From Callorhinchus milii (Eukaryota): a stretch of DNA of 64,000 nucleotides. Under the pieces are notes generated by a model. The model saw only the letters and a program-made list of their open reading frames with translations. It did no database searches and had not been told where the DNA came from. A program made the translations under genes and the position numbers. Positions 38,191-51,699 of the stretch are shown here, in pieces. Every line of letters starts with the position of its first letter. Position 1 is the stretch's first letter. The DNA lies in the NCBI RefSeq assembly GCF_018977255.1, contig NW_024704743.1, positions 87,174,001-87,238,000 of the forward strand, written 5' to 3'.

Positions 38191-39890
38191 CGATTGGTCC
38201 TGAATCTTTGCTGGGTAGTGTTTCACTGGCACAGACCATTCAACAAGTGTCTCAACTATTGGGATTTTTTTGTGTTCAGTCTGTCACTTGCTGATCCTAA
38301 AGATTTTGGTAAAAATATATCAAAGATTATTTGTATTAAAAATGGTGTGTTATAGACTACAATGAGCGTTGAGAGACTCACCTAGTCTGGAGGAGAGAGG
38401 GGAATCATAACTGAGCCTGATCTGGCCCACCAATGTCTAATTTCCAGATGTGCATTTTCCAGCAGAGGTCATCAGATAGTGATAAATCCTGACAGATGTT
38501 TGCCTGCCAAGTCCACAGGGAGTTCAGGCTAACAGTCGCATCCCAACCACAGAAGTGATTATTCTTGATGTATGAGCCTAGTCTGTGCACGTTTCTATCT
38601 GTTCTAGCATGGAGATGTTTTAAAACTTTGCACCGCAGGCATTACAAAAACATCAATAACAATACATTTTTTTACAACAGTATGTCAGATAGAGCAGAAA
38701 CTATAACTAGCAAAAAGGCAGCCAAAATACAACCATTTAAGTGTTCCCCGTGCTTTCTTATTAGAAGTCTTATATTACTTAGAAAGTAATCCAGAATTGA
38801 CAGCTTCTTTTTCAGGGCAGGAAAGGCAAAGGATGTCCCCAGAGGATAGTGACAGAATAAAGGGCTTCTTTGAAGAATTGTAATAGAAAAGTCTATTTAG
38901 TGGGCTTGGAATAGATGCCTTTCTAGTGCAGGGAAAGTGTCTGGTAAAAAAAATGCTTTCCCACAACAGCTCTTGCATGTGCCTGATGTGAACTGTCACA
39001 GATTGCAACAAGTACACATTGAATTGCTTTGAAACAGACACAGATGAGGTCCAGCACTTTATTGACCTTAACCAGCAGGATAATAGATACTACATTCCAT
39101 AGTGTCAATTCTAAAATACAGTTCTAGGAACTTTATGACAAGTGAAATTGTTTGCGGCTTTGCAGAAGCTCTTTCAAATTGTCTGCCCTCATTCTCTGCT
39201 TAAGGTATTTGACTCCCTTTTCGTCTAATGGGATATAGTTCCATTGCTACCTGGTGCCCAGTGATACCTTATTCAAATGTGCAATATTGATGTAGGAATA
39301 TGGACTGTTACCATGGCTACCTGTACACACTAGATCTTTGGGAATCTTTGACTGGGACTCCCACTGCAATTATTATACAATTTTTTTATGATATTAACAA
39401 TAACACCAGATGGGATACAGTCATGAAATGGGCAACTCTTTCAGAAAACTGTTGTGGAAACTTTTTCGCTTGTTTTCAAAGCTAAATCATGTTCGTAGCA
39501 TGCCAGCTCTTTTTGACTGATATTTCTGTGTTTTTCTGCCTTGCCAAAAAAAAAGACTTTCCAAACATAAGTGAATTATTAATAGCAACGCAAAGAGTAT
39601 CATCCTAAAAGATGACAGATGCTCTTTTTTATGATGATTTAAAACCCCTCAGTCATGAAGACTTTGCAATGGGAGCAAGATTGTGCCATTTGGTTAAATG
39701 TGAAAAATCCTGAGGCCCCAAATTCCATCTGTTTTGCTTTGAAATTTTAAGATTGCATAGCATTGCAGAATGTTTTCAAATGCAGTGTTAATTTGGATGC
39801 TGGTTTTCTGTTAGAAAGATCTGGTAAAGACTGAATTTAACAATTTTCCACAATTCTGCACAATCCTAAATGTTGAGACAAAATAACCAA

Positions 39891-39999
39891 TGGAAATCCT
39901 GAGAAACTCCAAAATATCAGTGTAATATAACACTGGTGAGTTGTGTCCACAGATGCATAACAAGATATAGTTATATCTTGGAGTTTCTCAGGACTTCCA
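39891..39999. repeat. 109-bp element with 27-bp inverted termini (MITE-like)
   Basis: tggaaatcctgagaaactccaaaatat matches the reverse complement of atatcttggagtttctcaggacttcca at 25/27. Confidence 0.75.
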
Positions 40000-40839
40000 C
40001 ACGGATCAGGAAGAAATTTAATGTACTGTTTAGTAATTTAATTTTTTAGGATTAAATAATTGAATAATACCAGTGCAAGCCAAATAATTATCCTTGCAGT
40101 TGATATAGTGCCTTTCACATCAAGAGGGCATCTCAAAATGCTTCACAGGATTCACTGCAAAGTGCAGTGACTTTATACTTGGCAGGCGAATGAGGGCAAT
40201 AAGATGAATGTCTTTTGTTTCACATTCTCTGATTCGATTAAAATAGGATGGGTTACATTTAAGTCTTGTCAACTTATTTCTGCTTTCTGCTTTTCCCATC
40301 AGGTTGACTGAAGGGGGCAACATCCTTTATCATTCAGGAAGTTAGGCTCTTAGATGAGCAGAAAGACATCGCCAAAATGTTCAGCACCAAAAGGTCAGTG
40401 GTTTAAACATTTTATAGGTTGTTGTGAGGATACAGAAAAAAATTGAGTCAATATCAGCAGGAAGCAATGACAGTGAACTGAAATTGTTGCCTTTTACTAA
40501 TCGTTTCTCCTTTAGCATAATTCCAAACATGCTTCATATAATCTGGTTCCAGAATCTGTGCTGGAGAAATACTGCAATACTACATGGGGCTTTTTGGGAA
40601 AAAACAAAAGCTCTCAATACATCTGTTCCAATGTATTAGATTATTTTGTTGACCAGTTGACAAACTAATGGGGAATAGATGTAAATCTGTTCCAGAGCTC
40701 ACTTCAGTTTATACATATGATTGTGTAATATTAAACAAGCATTTTTCATATTGATTAATTGTCTAACCTCAGATTGCTGAATTATTTAAAAAATTCTAAT
40801 TTCTGGAACTTTATTTAATAGAGTTTAACTTAGAGAATT

Positions 40840-41495
40840 TTTCATTAGTAGTGAATTGGTGCTAGGGAAACTGTTAGCACTAAAAAGTGACAAATCCCCT
40901 GGTCCGGATGGCTTGCATCCCAGGGTTTTAAAAGAGGTAGCTTATGAGATAGTGGAGGCCTTGTGTCTGATCTTCCAAAATTCCTTGGATTCTGGAACAG
41001 TCCCCATGGATTGGAAGATCGCAAATGTCACACCACTATTTAACAAAGGTGGAAAGGAAAAGATGGGGAACTGTATGTTAGCATTCATTATGAAAGGATT
41101 AGAGTATAAGAGTAGGGAAGTCTTGCTGCAACTGTACAGGGCCCTGGTGAGACCACACCTGGAATACTGTGTGCAGTTTTGGTCTCCTTATTTAAGGAAG
41201 GATGTACTTGCCTTGGAGGGGGTGCAGCGTAGATTTACTAGGTTAGTATCAGGGATGAAGGGGATGAGTTACGAGGATAGGCTGACCAATTTGGGCCTAT
41301 ATTCTCTGGAATATAGAAGAATTAGAGGGGATCTTATAGAAACCTATAAGATCATCAAAGGGCATGATAGAGTAGATAGTGGGAGATTGTTTCCCCTGGT
41401 TGGAGAAACTGAAACCAGGAGTCACAACCTTAAAATCAGAGGCCAGCCCTTTCGTGCTGAGTTGAGGAGGAACTTCTTCACTCAAAGGGTGGTGT
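40840..41495 (+). mobile_element. CR1 LINE ORF2 fragment with the RT core deleted
   Basis: KSPGPDGLHPRVLKE...DWKIANVTPLF..KGG joined to MLAFI...LVRPHLEYCVQFWSP...RNFFTQRVV. Confidence 0.95.
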
Positions 41496-41779
41496 ATTTC
41501 ATTTCATTCTTATCTTGCATTTGGCTTGGTTTGAGTAGTCTACATTTTCAGAAGGCATAGAGAATAATTGGAATTAACAGTCAATATTAGACTTCAGAGT
41601 GCAAGATCAATGTTGTGGTATTCAATAGGGTAGTAAAGGATTTCAGAAATTGGTTTATTTCTGTTTTAACACTACCTGCTTTCCTGATTATGTTTGAAAA
41701 GCTTTAATGTACATACCAGGGAGAAATAGAATTATTTGGGAGCATCTCAACTGTCTTGGAGTTTAATATATTATCTCTG

Positions 41780-41960
41780 CAAGTTATCCAGAGCATAATT
41801 AACAATTGGAACAGGTTCCCAGGAAGGGTGGTTGAGAACAGGATGCTGGACTTATTTAAACAGCCGATTGGTGCTGCAAAGGAAGGAGGATAAGGTGGGT
41901 ATCCTGAGGAGTGAGATAAGATAGGCGAAGAGCCCTCTTCATCCAAAACAATTTTGAGAT
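41780..41960 (+). mobile_element. Old CR1 3' fragment
   Basis: ttggaacaggttcccaggaagggtggttgag...atttaaacagccgattgg. Confidence 0.6.
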
Positions 41961-43589
41961 CTTGTGACCTCTATCATCATTCAATGATGTACAGTCACTC
42001 CATGCTATTGGAGACAATACAAACAGCCAATGGAAATAAATTAATATAACTCCTAGAAAAATAATCCATTGCGAGGGAGAATAACACTATAGAAATTTGT
42101 TGTAAATGGCAGCAAAGCCATAATTTTTGTGGGGAATAGACCCTAATGTGGCAATAATGTTTTGTTTAAGCATTTTTAGTGGGAATTAAGATGGTTTTCT
42201 AATGATGTAACACAAATAAATCTGCTAATTTCTACACAGCACCAACACTGACCCATTAATACAGAAGCCATGAAAACAGAAATCTCTGAATAAGAGAACA
42301 ATCTGAAATAGGAATCTGGACAGGAACTCTACAATTTCTATTTTTTCCACATTGCCCTTGGTGAAAACATTGCCATCGTATGTTTCATTCTATTATCCAT
42401 TACTATTGCAATTACCTTATCTCCATTCGCATGCACACACTACGTGCACAGCATCTAAAGAATGTGAATATTTAGTAAAATTAATGTTATTCAAGAGCTA
42501 AGGCTGCATAAAGATTTCTTAAAAAAGGTAACTGTGCTTGCAGCCTCATGGACATATATTAAATAGACTGTCAGTTTTTATTACAGCAGGCACTTAATCA
42601 ATTGCACTTATTTAAGGTATTAATGTTTAACTGAATAAATGGAAAAATCAATGCTAAATTACTTGGTATTGTTAAATAAGGGTCAGAATAGTGATAACAG
42701 AAATGGTAGAAAAGTATGTACTTGTGTCAGTACAATTAGTTAACAGACTGAATAACATTGGTTGCTGTACAATGAGCATCATTGGATCTAAACTGGAGTA
42801 TGTGCAGGTAAGCTTTTAGTGCATTTTGACATTATAATGAAATGAAAAATGACATTATAATGAAAAATCTCATCAACTGGGCATATTGTTATAGTGTACA
42901 AAAGGATATCGAGATAAAGCAATTCTCCTCAACAAGCATTTTATTATTCTTAAGACACCTTACCTTTGCAAGTGTCCTCTACCCCCATTCTCCTGCCCAC
43001 ATCCTCCACTGCTGCAATTTGGGGTTGCTGCTCCTTTCTCTCTCTACCCCACCATTGGTTGTTCTGCTTTCAACCACTTTGCTGTCTTGTACTCTCTCCC
43101 CAAATCCTTTCTACTTGAGTACTTGAAAATCCAATTACCTTATAAAGCCAATATCAAAATTGGATGTGGGTTTTACTGTGACAAATTCAGTGTTTTGGGG
43201 AGGATGGGTGGGGGCTAATCTAACTATGGTATGGTGCAGCCTTAAGTACCACTGATTTTAGTGGAATTTCTGTAACATTCTTCAAATTGCAGTCTTGTCA
43301 AACTTTCTGGACTGATGAGTGTGTAATGGATTGGCTTGACAAATTTATAATGCTCTGCATTTATGGGTCCTTGTAGCTGTGTCAGATTGCATATTAATAG
43401 CCAGTGCATGCTTTCTTTGAACTGGTGATTGGTTTGTGAATGCTAACAAGCAGCATTGTTGCACACTACTGCCAAGATCACTGTGGAGAGATGATGCAGA
43501 TACCATCAAAGTTTTGCAGAAAATTTAAATTCTCAGTGACCTAATCCAGGATGGTGCTGATTTTGACAATTCTCATCAGATCAACCCAG

Positions 43590-43722
43590 GAAAGCACATA
43601 TTTGCCAGACAGGGGCTTGAAGGGATATAGAGTATGGAGTAGGATTGAATTAATGTCTGTGAGAGACAATACAGACTCGATGGAAAGAATGGCCTCCTCC
43701 TGCACTGCAAATTTCTATGATC
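43590..43722 (+). mobile_element. CR1 3' end
   Basis: gactcgatggaaagaatggcctcctcctgcactgcaaatttctatgat. Confidence 0.75.
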
Positions 43723-43902
43723 CTGAAACGGGTTTGAAGCCTTCTCGGGACAAAGAATTTGATTCTGCTTACATTGTCTCATGGAACATAAAATAGCAGC
43801 GATCCAGATCGGAAAGCAATATTCCACTCACTGGAAAGGGAATGTTGTTCCCCAGTAACCATTTACCCTGACATAAACTAACACATCCCTTGTCTTAAAA
43901 CG

Positions 43903-44073
43903 TAATAATAATAAAAATCCTTGCATTTGATGTAGCGCCTTATCACGTCATGAGCTACTCAAAGCTCATCACAGAATATACTTTAAAGTGAATTGACTGC
44001 ATATTTTGTGGGCAGCAGCTAATTGCGCACAGCAGGATCCCACAAACAGTTGTGAATTGAGCGACCAAATTAT
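43903..44073 (-). mobile_element. SINE 3' half, in tandem with the following full SINE
   Basis: Duplicates the 3' half of 44074-44387. Confidence 0.88.
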
Positions 44074-44387
44074 TAATAATAATAATCCTTGCATTTGATA
44101 TAGCGCTTTTCACGTTGGGAGGACGTCCCAAAGCGCTTCACAGAATATATTGTAAAGTAAATTGACTGTATATTTGTGGGTGAACACGGCAGCTAATTGC
44201 GCACAGCAATGTCCCACAAACAGTCGTAGATTGAAAATGACCAATTTATTATTGTTTTTGGTTTTGGAGGGATTATTATTAGGCGTGTGGAGTAAGGAAA
44301 CTTGCCCAAGGTTTCGCCCTGCCTGGAATTGAACTCAGGTCTCTCGCTTGCAAAGCGAGTGCTCTAATCACTGAGCTACAGGACTCC
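44074..44387 (-). mobile_element. Full-length tRNA-derived SINE (Ala-TGC-like head)
   Basis: Reverse complement is highly similar to 12509-12826. Confidence 0.93.
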
Positions 44388-44871
44388 ACAATATGATACA
44401 TAAATCATCACCTGTTTTATGCTGTCACTATAAACTACAGATATTTATTGTACGCAGCAGTCTATACAGTGTGTTTGAGGAATAACTGATAGAAACCGGT
44501 ATAGGGCTAACAATTACTATGTTTAAAAGCTTTGAAAAAAATACTTCAAAATCACAGCTTATTAATTTGCCTTATGGATAAAGAACAAAATTGCAGTGTT
44601 ACAAATGGTCAGACTTGCTGCTCACAACATACAATAAAAACTTTGTTTATGGGATTAGACACCAAACTGCCTTAACATAACTGTGTTCCACTATAAGCAG
44701 TGGTGGGCAAATCCACACATCCCAATCCTTGGCATTATGGCATTCCTAAATCCTATCCCAACCATTTTTCATATTACAGACAAGAGATCCAATCTCAATT
44801 ACACGTTATGATGATATGACAGAAAACACCATTTGGATTTCCGGTTCACTGTTAATTAATAGTTTGAATGG

Positions 44872-45038
44872 ATTATTACCTCCAGAAAGTGATCAACAAT
44901 ACGACTAACTACTTACTGCTAGGTAAACAGAGGCATGTGGAGTAAGGAAACCTGCCTAATGTTTCGCCTTGCCCGGGAATTGAACCCGGGTCCTCTTACT
45001 TGTGAGGCGAGAGCTCTAACCAATACGCTACAAGACTC
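44872..45038 (-). mobile_element. tRNA-derived SINE 5' part (Val-CAC-like head)
   Basis: Reverse complement matches 36690-36830. Confidence 0.85.
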
Positions 45039-45347
45039 TGCATCACATTTTCACAAAAATTAACAACTTGAAGAATGCTGTGGACATGTGTTTCTCCACT
45101 TTACTTGCAAGTTACAGTAAAATCCCATTAAAGCATGCTTTATTATAATGTGGGTTTGTTTATAATGTAAATGAATTTTGCAACCCTACATTTACTTGTC
45201 AAGAAATTCAAAAGATATGCAGAAATCGGGCTGCTTCACTTCAAAATGCAGGCCATCTTATGTGCTTAAAAATGGCCAACTTCTCAATCACTGGGAAGTG
45301 ATGTCAGTGACGACCTAATGACAGAAGTCTGCCATTTGTAGTGCTAG

Positions 45348-45720
45348 AACAACAACAACAACAACTTTATATAGCACCCTCCACACCAGGCAGCGTCTGA
45401 GGGCTTAATAATGTCCAAGACCGAGCCAGGGGGAAGGGGAAGGTGACCGTAGGCGCAGTCGAAGAGGAAGGTCTTCAGGCGCAACCTGAAGATGGGGAAG
45501 GAGGGGATGTGGCAAAGGGGTTGAGGGAGGGAGTTCCAAAGTTTCGGGGTGTAGTGGCTGAAGGCACGGCCTCCGATGGTGCAGAGGAGGATTCGGGGAC
45601 ACGGAGGCGGGTGGACCCAGTGGAGCGGAGGCAGCAGGTACTGCTGTGGGGAGAGAGGATCTTAGAGAGATAGGGGGGTGCCAAGGAATGGAGGGATTAA
45701 AACATCAGAGTGAGGACCTA
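45348..45720 (-). mobile_element. L2 3' fragment, distinct subfamily
   Basis: APPYLSKILSP...LRSTGSTRLRVP; (TTG)n tail; 3' UTR shared with 11730-11855. Confidence 0.85.
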
Positions 45721-47679
45721 GAAGTCAGCAAGCTTTCTGCACAATGAATACAGAAGTGCTGGTTGATGATTGATGCCTGTTATAATGTCGATTGGAATTA
45801 TATGGACCTTTCCCGCAGCCTACTATGTTATAATTGGATTCTCCTGTACCTCAAAAGTACTTCTTATATTTGACAGAATAAATTGTCTGCTATTGGGTTC
45901 ATAACATAAGTTGTTTTAGGAAATAACACAGACGAATGCACGTTATTTTGTTTTAAAATTGGTGGTTTAAAACTTCACAGAATGTTACTGATTGTATCAT
46001 GGGGCAGTAGAATTCATTATGCCAAGTTAATAGTTTGTTTTGTGTTGGTCTCTGACCTTAATGTTTTTAAGATGGTTATAAATAGTAATCCTTGCTTTTG
46101 ATATAACATCTCATTGTATCATCAATGTCTCAAAATGCTTCACAGGATTTACTATGATATGGCTATGTATTTGTATGTGTTTGAGGTTTGACTGTGATAT
46201 TCAAGGGTTTAAATTCTGCATTTATTCCAAATTATATCATGTATATGCCTCATGAATTTTATTTAAGAAATAAAACTATGTCCATTGACATCCATTTCCA
46301 ATAGCAAGTATGTTTTTGTTTGCCCACCTTGGCTGAAAAATGCAATATATGACAACTATTATGTACTGATACCTATTCTAAATCTGGAAATATCCCTATC
46401 AATAACCTGAGGGTACCCTGAGGGCACGCTGCTGCGCTAGATGGGATACTATAAAGTTATGCTGTCCCACTTTGATAGCAACTATTCTTCCCAGAATACA
46501 TCCAACTGGGGTTGGCAACCCTAGCCCCCACATCAGTCATAGGAAAGGGTGGAAGGCAATGGGGTGGTCCTGCAATAGACCAGAGGCCTCTGTGATGCAA
46601 GACATCACCAGGTCGAGTTATCCAATCAATTTTATGTTCATTTCTACAAATACGATGAATTGCATGTCAAGTGGTGTGATGATGTTCCTTATTAATAGTT
46701 TATACAGGAAACAGTCGGGATATCGACAATGTGATGATTTAAGACAGTGATAGTAATGAATTAAGCCAGGATTGAGTTATACAGAGTTTACTGTATAAAT
46801 TACTGAGGATTAGTAGTTTTTGAGATGAGTTGCAAGGTAAGATGTCTTGTCTTGCAGAGGGGTGGAAGCTAAACCTTTCTATATCAGGTATTTTAGTAAA
46901 CAATGCACCATCCTGTGTTAGCTAAGACACCAAATGTTTTCAACATCATATGCCCCAGAGGAATGCACAATCCTTTTGTCAGCCCTCCCGATGGAGGGTA
47001 AACAAAACAGGCTTGGTACAGTTATAAGGATGAGGCAGCAAAAGATAAAAATATACCATGGATGGAAAAAAAAGTGACAGGATTTAAATGAATAATAATT
47101 ACTGCCTGGAGTTAAATACAAACAACTAGCTGCTTCTTAGAACAATTAATCACTTCCTTCCAAATTCCTGAGGGTCTGATCGCAGCCTCAGGATAGATCT
47201 CTGTTCTGTTGTTAATGGGTTAGTGCATGCAATGGCGAATACATTGCTGATTAGCTTCTTGCTAATTCCTCTTTTGAATCGTCACTGTAGTGAGACCCAG
47301 CCGTTGAACCCTGAGTGCAATAGAGCTACAGCACGATGTGTCAGAGAATGTGATTATAATTCTCCTTATGTGATGTATAATTCTATGGTTCTATGGAGTC
47401 GGTGAGTAGAGGGCATCAATTTAAGATAGTGAGGAAATGAGCAAGTGAAGAGATAATAAGATTTTCTTTACATGTACAGAGTTGTTAACATATGGAATGC
47501 CTTGCTGAGTTGAGGCAGAATCCAAATTAGCTTTTAAAAGAGAACTAGATAAATATCTTAAAAAGAGAACTAATTTGAATCTATTTAAATACAGTATATG
47601 CAGCAATGCATATTTAAACCAAAGTTCAAGTTAAAATTGGGATTCCCAAATTTAACATTCAGTTTAACCTCAATTAGTA

Positions 47680-47900
47680 GCAATAATGCTTGCATTTGAT
47701 ATAGCATTGTTCACATCGGGAAGATATTTCAAAGCGCTTTACACAATTTACTGTAATGTGTAGTGACTGTATTTTGAGGGCGAATGTGGCAGTTAGTTTA
47801 CTCACAGTATTGTCCCACAAGTAGCCTTCAACTGAATGACCAATTTAATGTGGGGGATTGTGGCAGAATCTCAGTAGAAACTCCCTTCTCCTTGGATAAC
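47680..47900 (-). mobile_element. Deu-SINE 3' part
   Basis: cttgcatttgatatagc...tgtcccacaa...gaatgaccaattt. Confidence 0.75.
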
Positions 47901-48739
47901 ATTTCAAACAGCCAACTGTGGCTTGGTTAAATTTTAAACATGATTAATTAGTCACAAAGCATAAAATTAGTTGGTGAATAATTCACCTCAGTTACGTTTA
48001 CATGGGATGACTCCAAGCACTACAAAATCTTTAAATTGATTAATTTCCACGGTCTCAGATTTAATACCATCTCAGGCCACATTTCTCTCACAAAGGAGAT
48101 TTTTTTAAATAAGATTATTAATGCAAGATATTCTGTGCATCAGTTGTGTGCTCCACCTATTCTAATAAATACAGCTTTGTTAAATTATTCAAAGTGAAAT
48201 ATTAGGGGACGCTGTTATAACACCTTTCAATGTAGTGCTGCCTTAATTATAGCTCCAGCATTTTGTAATGTCAAAGCATAAAATCCTGCTATCACAATAG
48301 TGTAAGTGATTATGTTGTACATCTTGCACAAACTGCCAGCTTTCTGCATACAATTGCAGTGTGAAACAATGATCTCACAGTGACGTCACAAACCGACTGT
48401 GTTCGTCTTCGCTTTTAATCGAGGTTGACGGAAATCCATCATTTTTGTTGATGTTTATGGGTGTTTAAATTTTAGTGGTGTTTTCAATGACAAAAACAGT
48501 CATTAGGAGGTCATTTCCTGTGATAAAAATGTATTTTCATCGGATTGCAGAACAATGCAAATAGCAATAAATATCAATGTTTACATATAGATAATGAGTA
48601 ATAATAATCCTTGCATTTTATATAGCCGCATATCATTGAGACAGCTCAAAATGCTTCACAGGATATACAGTAATGTGGTGTGAGTGTGTTTTGTGGGGTT
48701 TCCACCAACTCAATAAGTAACTCTGGTCAAGAGTTTCAG

Positions 48740-49680
48740 AATAACAACAAATAATTACATTTGTACAGCGCGTTTTATGTGGGAGAATGACTCAAGTTGC
48801 TGGACAGTCAGGGATTTGGACCCGAGTAGGGGGTTGGGATCAGGGGGAAAACAGAGAGGATAGGGGTAGGAGGGGGACTAAAGGTACAGTTAAAGAGGAG
48901 GGTCTTGATACATGCCTTGACGAAGACAAGGGGGGAGCGAGGCGAAGGGAATGTGGGATGGAGTTAAAGGGTAGGGGCAGAGAGGCTGAAGGCCCAACAG
49001 CCGATGGTGAGGCAGGCCGGGTGGGGGATATGGAGCAGGTGTGGTGTTAGCAGGTCACAGAGGTAGGAAGGAGCAAGGTCGAGGCGGGCTTTGAAGTCGA
49101 GGATGAGGACTTTGAACTCTTCCTCTGGGGGATCGGGAGCCAGTGGAGTCAAGCGAGGGTGGGTGTGATGGGATCACAGAGCCTGGTGCTGGAGAGGACA
49201 CGAGCTGCAGAGTTCTGGATGATTTGCAGCTTGTGGAGGCAAGAGTTGGGAAGAGTGATAAGCAGAGAGTTGCCGGCCTGAGGGGAGAGGTAGTGGCGGA
49301 CCCGGGTGATGTTGCGGAGATGGAGGAAGGCAGAGGGCGACATGACACAGATGTCAATTGCTGACATGTGTTTTTCAGGTGGCATGTTATAATGGGCGGA
49401 AAGGCTGAATATTAATAATCAAGCAATACCAGGATATTTTTAAAAACAATTGTTTGAGGAATGGCACAGTGCGGGAGCTGGAGGAGAAGCCATTTGTGGA
49501 GATAGTGTGAAAGTTAGGATTTTTTACCCAGTCAAGGACAGAACTGTGAAGGTTGAGGTGAGAGGAGAGGCGGTGGAGGAGGATTGAATGATTGGCAGTG
49601 TCAAAGGCAGCAGAGAAGTCAAGGAGGACAAGGAGACAGAGGGAGCCTTGATTACAGATGGACAATGTGTCCTTAAACAC
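48740..49680 (-). mobile_element. L2 LINE fragments (48740-49340 and 49455-49680)
   Basis: [14 protein letters not shown] and LVLLDFSAAFDT translations. Confidence 0.9.
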
Positions 49681-51699
49681 GTTATATCGAGTTTGCCTGA
49701 AGCAGTTAAATCAAAATTAGCTTTCATCTCTTGACACGGAGAATAGCTGCTGCCCCTAATCTGGTCTTTGGTTCAACAAAGGGCAGAATCATTAACTTAA
49801 TATCTCTACATTAATCAGCAAACTTTCTTGAGATTATGATGAGCTATATTTTGTTTGAGATATAATTACCCACCATAAGTAATATCTATTTCTACACAGT
49901 CGGCACCTTTTGCACAGTGTATATGTTTGGAGAGTCCTCATTTTCTCATTCACACACTTTTACAGGGAACATTTTGAAGTTTGGACAATGATTCACATCT
50001 CTAGAAACCTGCGGAGCACAACCTTAGTTTTTTTCCCTGGGTCAGTCAGATCATAAGCAGTCAGGCACATTGATGGTTGTATTGCTGAACCGAGGTTGTC
50101 TGACTCATCAGTAATTTCTACAGCCTGGTACCTTATGAGCACAATGTATGAATAAGATGGTCTTGAGGATCTAGCCTTCATGAAGAAACAAAATGTACTT
50201 CACTGATTGCGCAGTGATGTTGTCTATGCTCGTAGTCGTTGCAAGATGAATGGAATAAGAGCAATCTATGTTGTGAGTGGGGCTGACAGCAAGGACAGCC
50301 CATTTATTAAAATAAGAGTAGGTTGGAGAATGGCAGGAAACTGTGCGACTATCATGCCAGCAACACAGTTTTGGTCAGCGAGAGGAATACAGTACTTTGT
50401 TCTATAAGTGGAATAAAATGCACAAGATTTGTGCCTTGGAAACCAATAACATAAAACTGAATGGCAATAGAGTTGGTACTTGCAGTCGCATCGTTATGTT
50501 TAGGGTTAAGAATCAAAAGCTCCAATGTTGGTTGATTCATTTGGGAATGGAAAAAAGAGACTATTCTGTGTAGGTGTAGGGAACAGTTTTGATTCAGATT
50601 ACAGATTTACTCCAAATTTAATAGGAATCATTTAATGCAAAATGTTTGGAGTTGTAGTTTGTGTCCTTTTACAGTGGAAAGTGTCACTGACTTCAGATAA
50701 TGCAGAACTTTAAATGATAGATGTTGTGTTTAAACACATCTGTCATTTATTAATGCCATTACACAGACAGCCATTTGGTAACCTCAGTATGACAGAGCCA
50801 ATTCCACCATATGCTGTACATATTGACTAAGTGGGGCTTCAATTAAATGCATGAATGTTTCATCGAAAATGCACTTTAAGCACACTTCCGTCTCTCTAAT
50901 AAAGTAGCTTCGAGCAGTATTTCTCTATGGGGGTCTCATCCCTCCCCCACTTACCATCCTTGTTTGAGGGGGTTGTGATTTTTTACATAATATCCCCAAA
51001 CTATAGCAATAATGCAACCTCCATTCAGTATATTCCAAACATATTGAATCTTGGATTTTGTTGCAAAGCTGCTATGTGGAAGCAAAGCACAATCCCGTAG
51101 AGAGGGAAGAAGTAAAGTATCAGGAGACAGTCGCCTTCAGCCACTTATAATCATCTTCTGATGGCTGTGAATAATGTGGTATGATCAGAACCCTGGCAGT
51201 TAATCTACAATGTATACTTTCACACTCTGCTAGATTGCAAAGCCTCTATCACTGGAGCCAGAAGAGTCCACGGATACAGGTAAACATATCCATATGGTGA
51301 GAGTTTGAGTGACACTTTATTCCCAGTATATCTAGAATTACAGCACTTAACACAGAAATGGCCTGAGACAGAGAGGGACAAAGGAGATAAATTAAGCATT
51401 ATGTACTATTAATGTTCTGTTTTCATGTTGCAGTTGCTTTAAAACAGGGCCATTATGTGGTGCTGAAACAGATAAGGCATCACTAAACTACACATGTTCA
51501 GGGAATGGGACTCGGTGTTGAGATGGCCCTTTTAGCTGGTATCACGAGGGAGAGATCGAGGAAGAAGGTTTTTTCAACTCATTTGATCTCACCCATCCCA
51601 TTCTGCTGGCCTTCCCAGTGTAGACAAAAGGCGTTTCTTAAATGTATTCAGCCTCTTAGCCTCTACCAACCTTCATGCCTGGCAACGGAATATCAGAAT

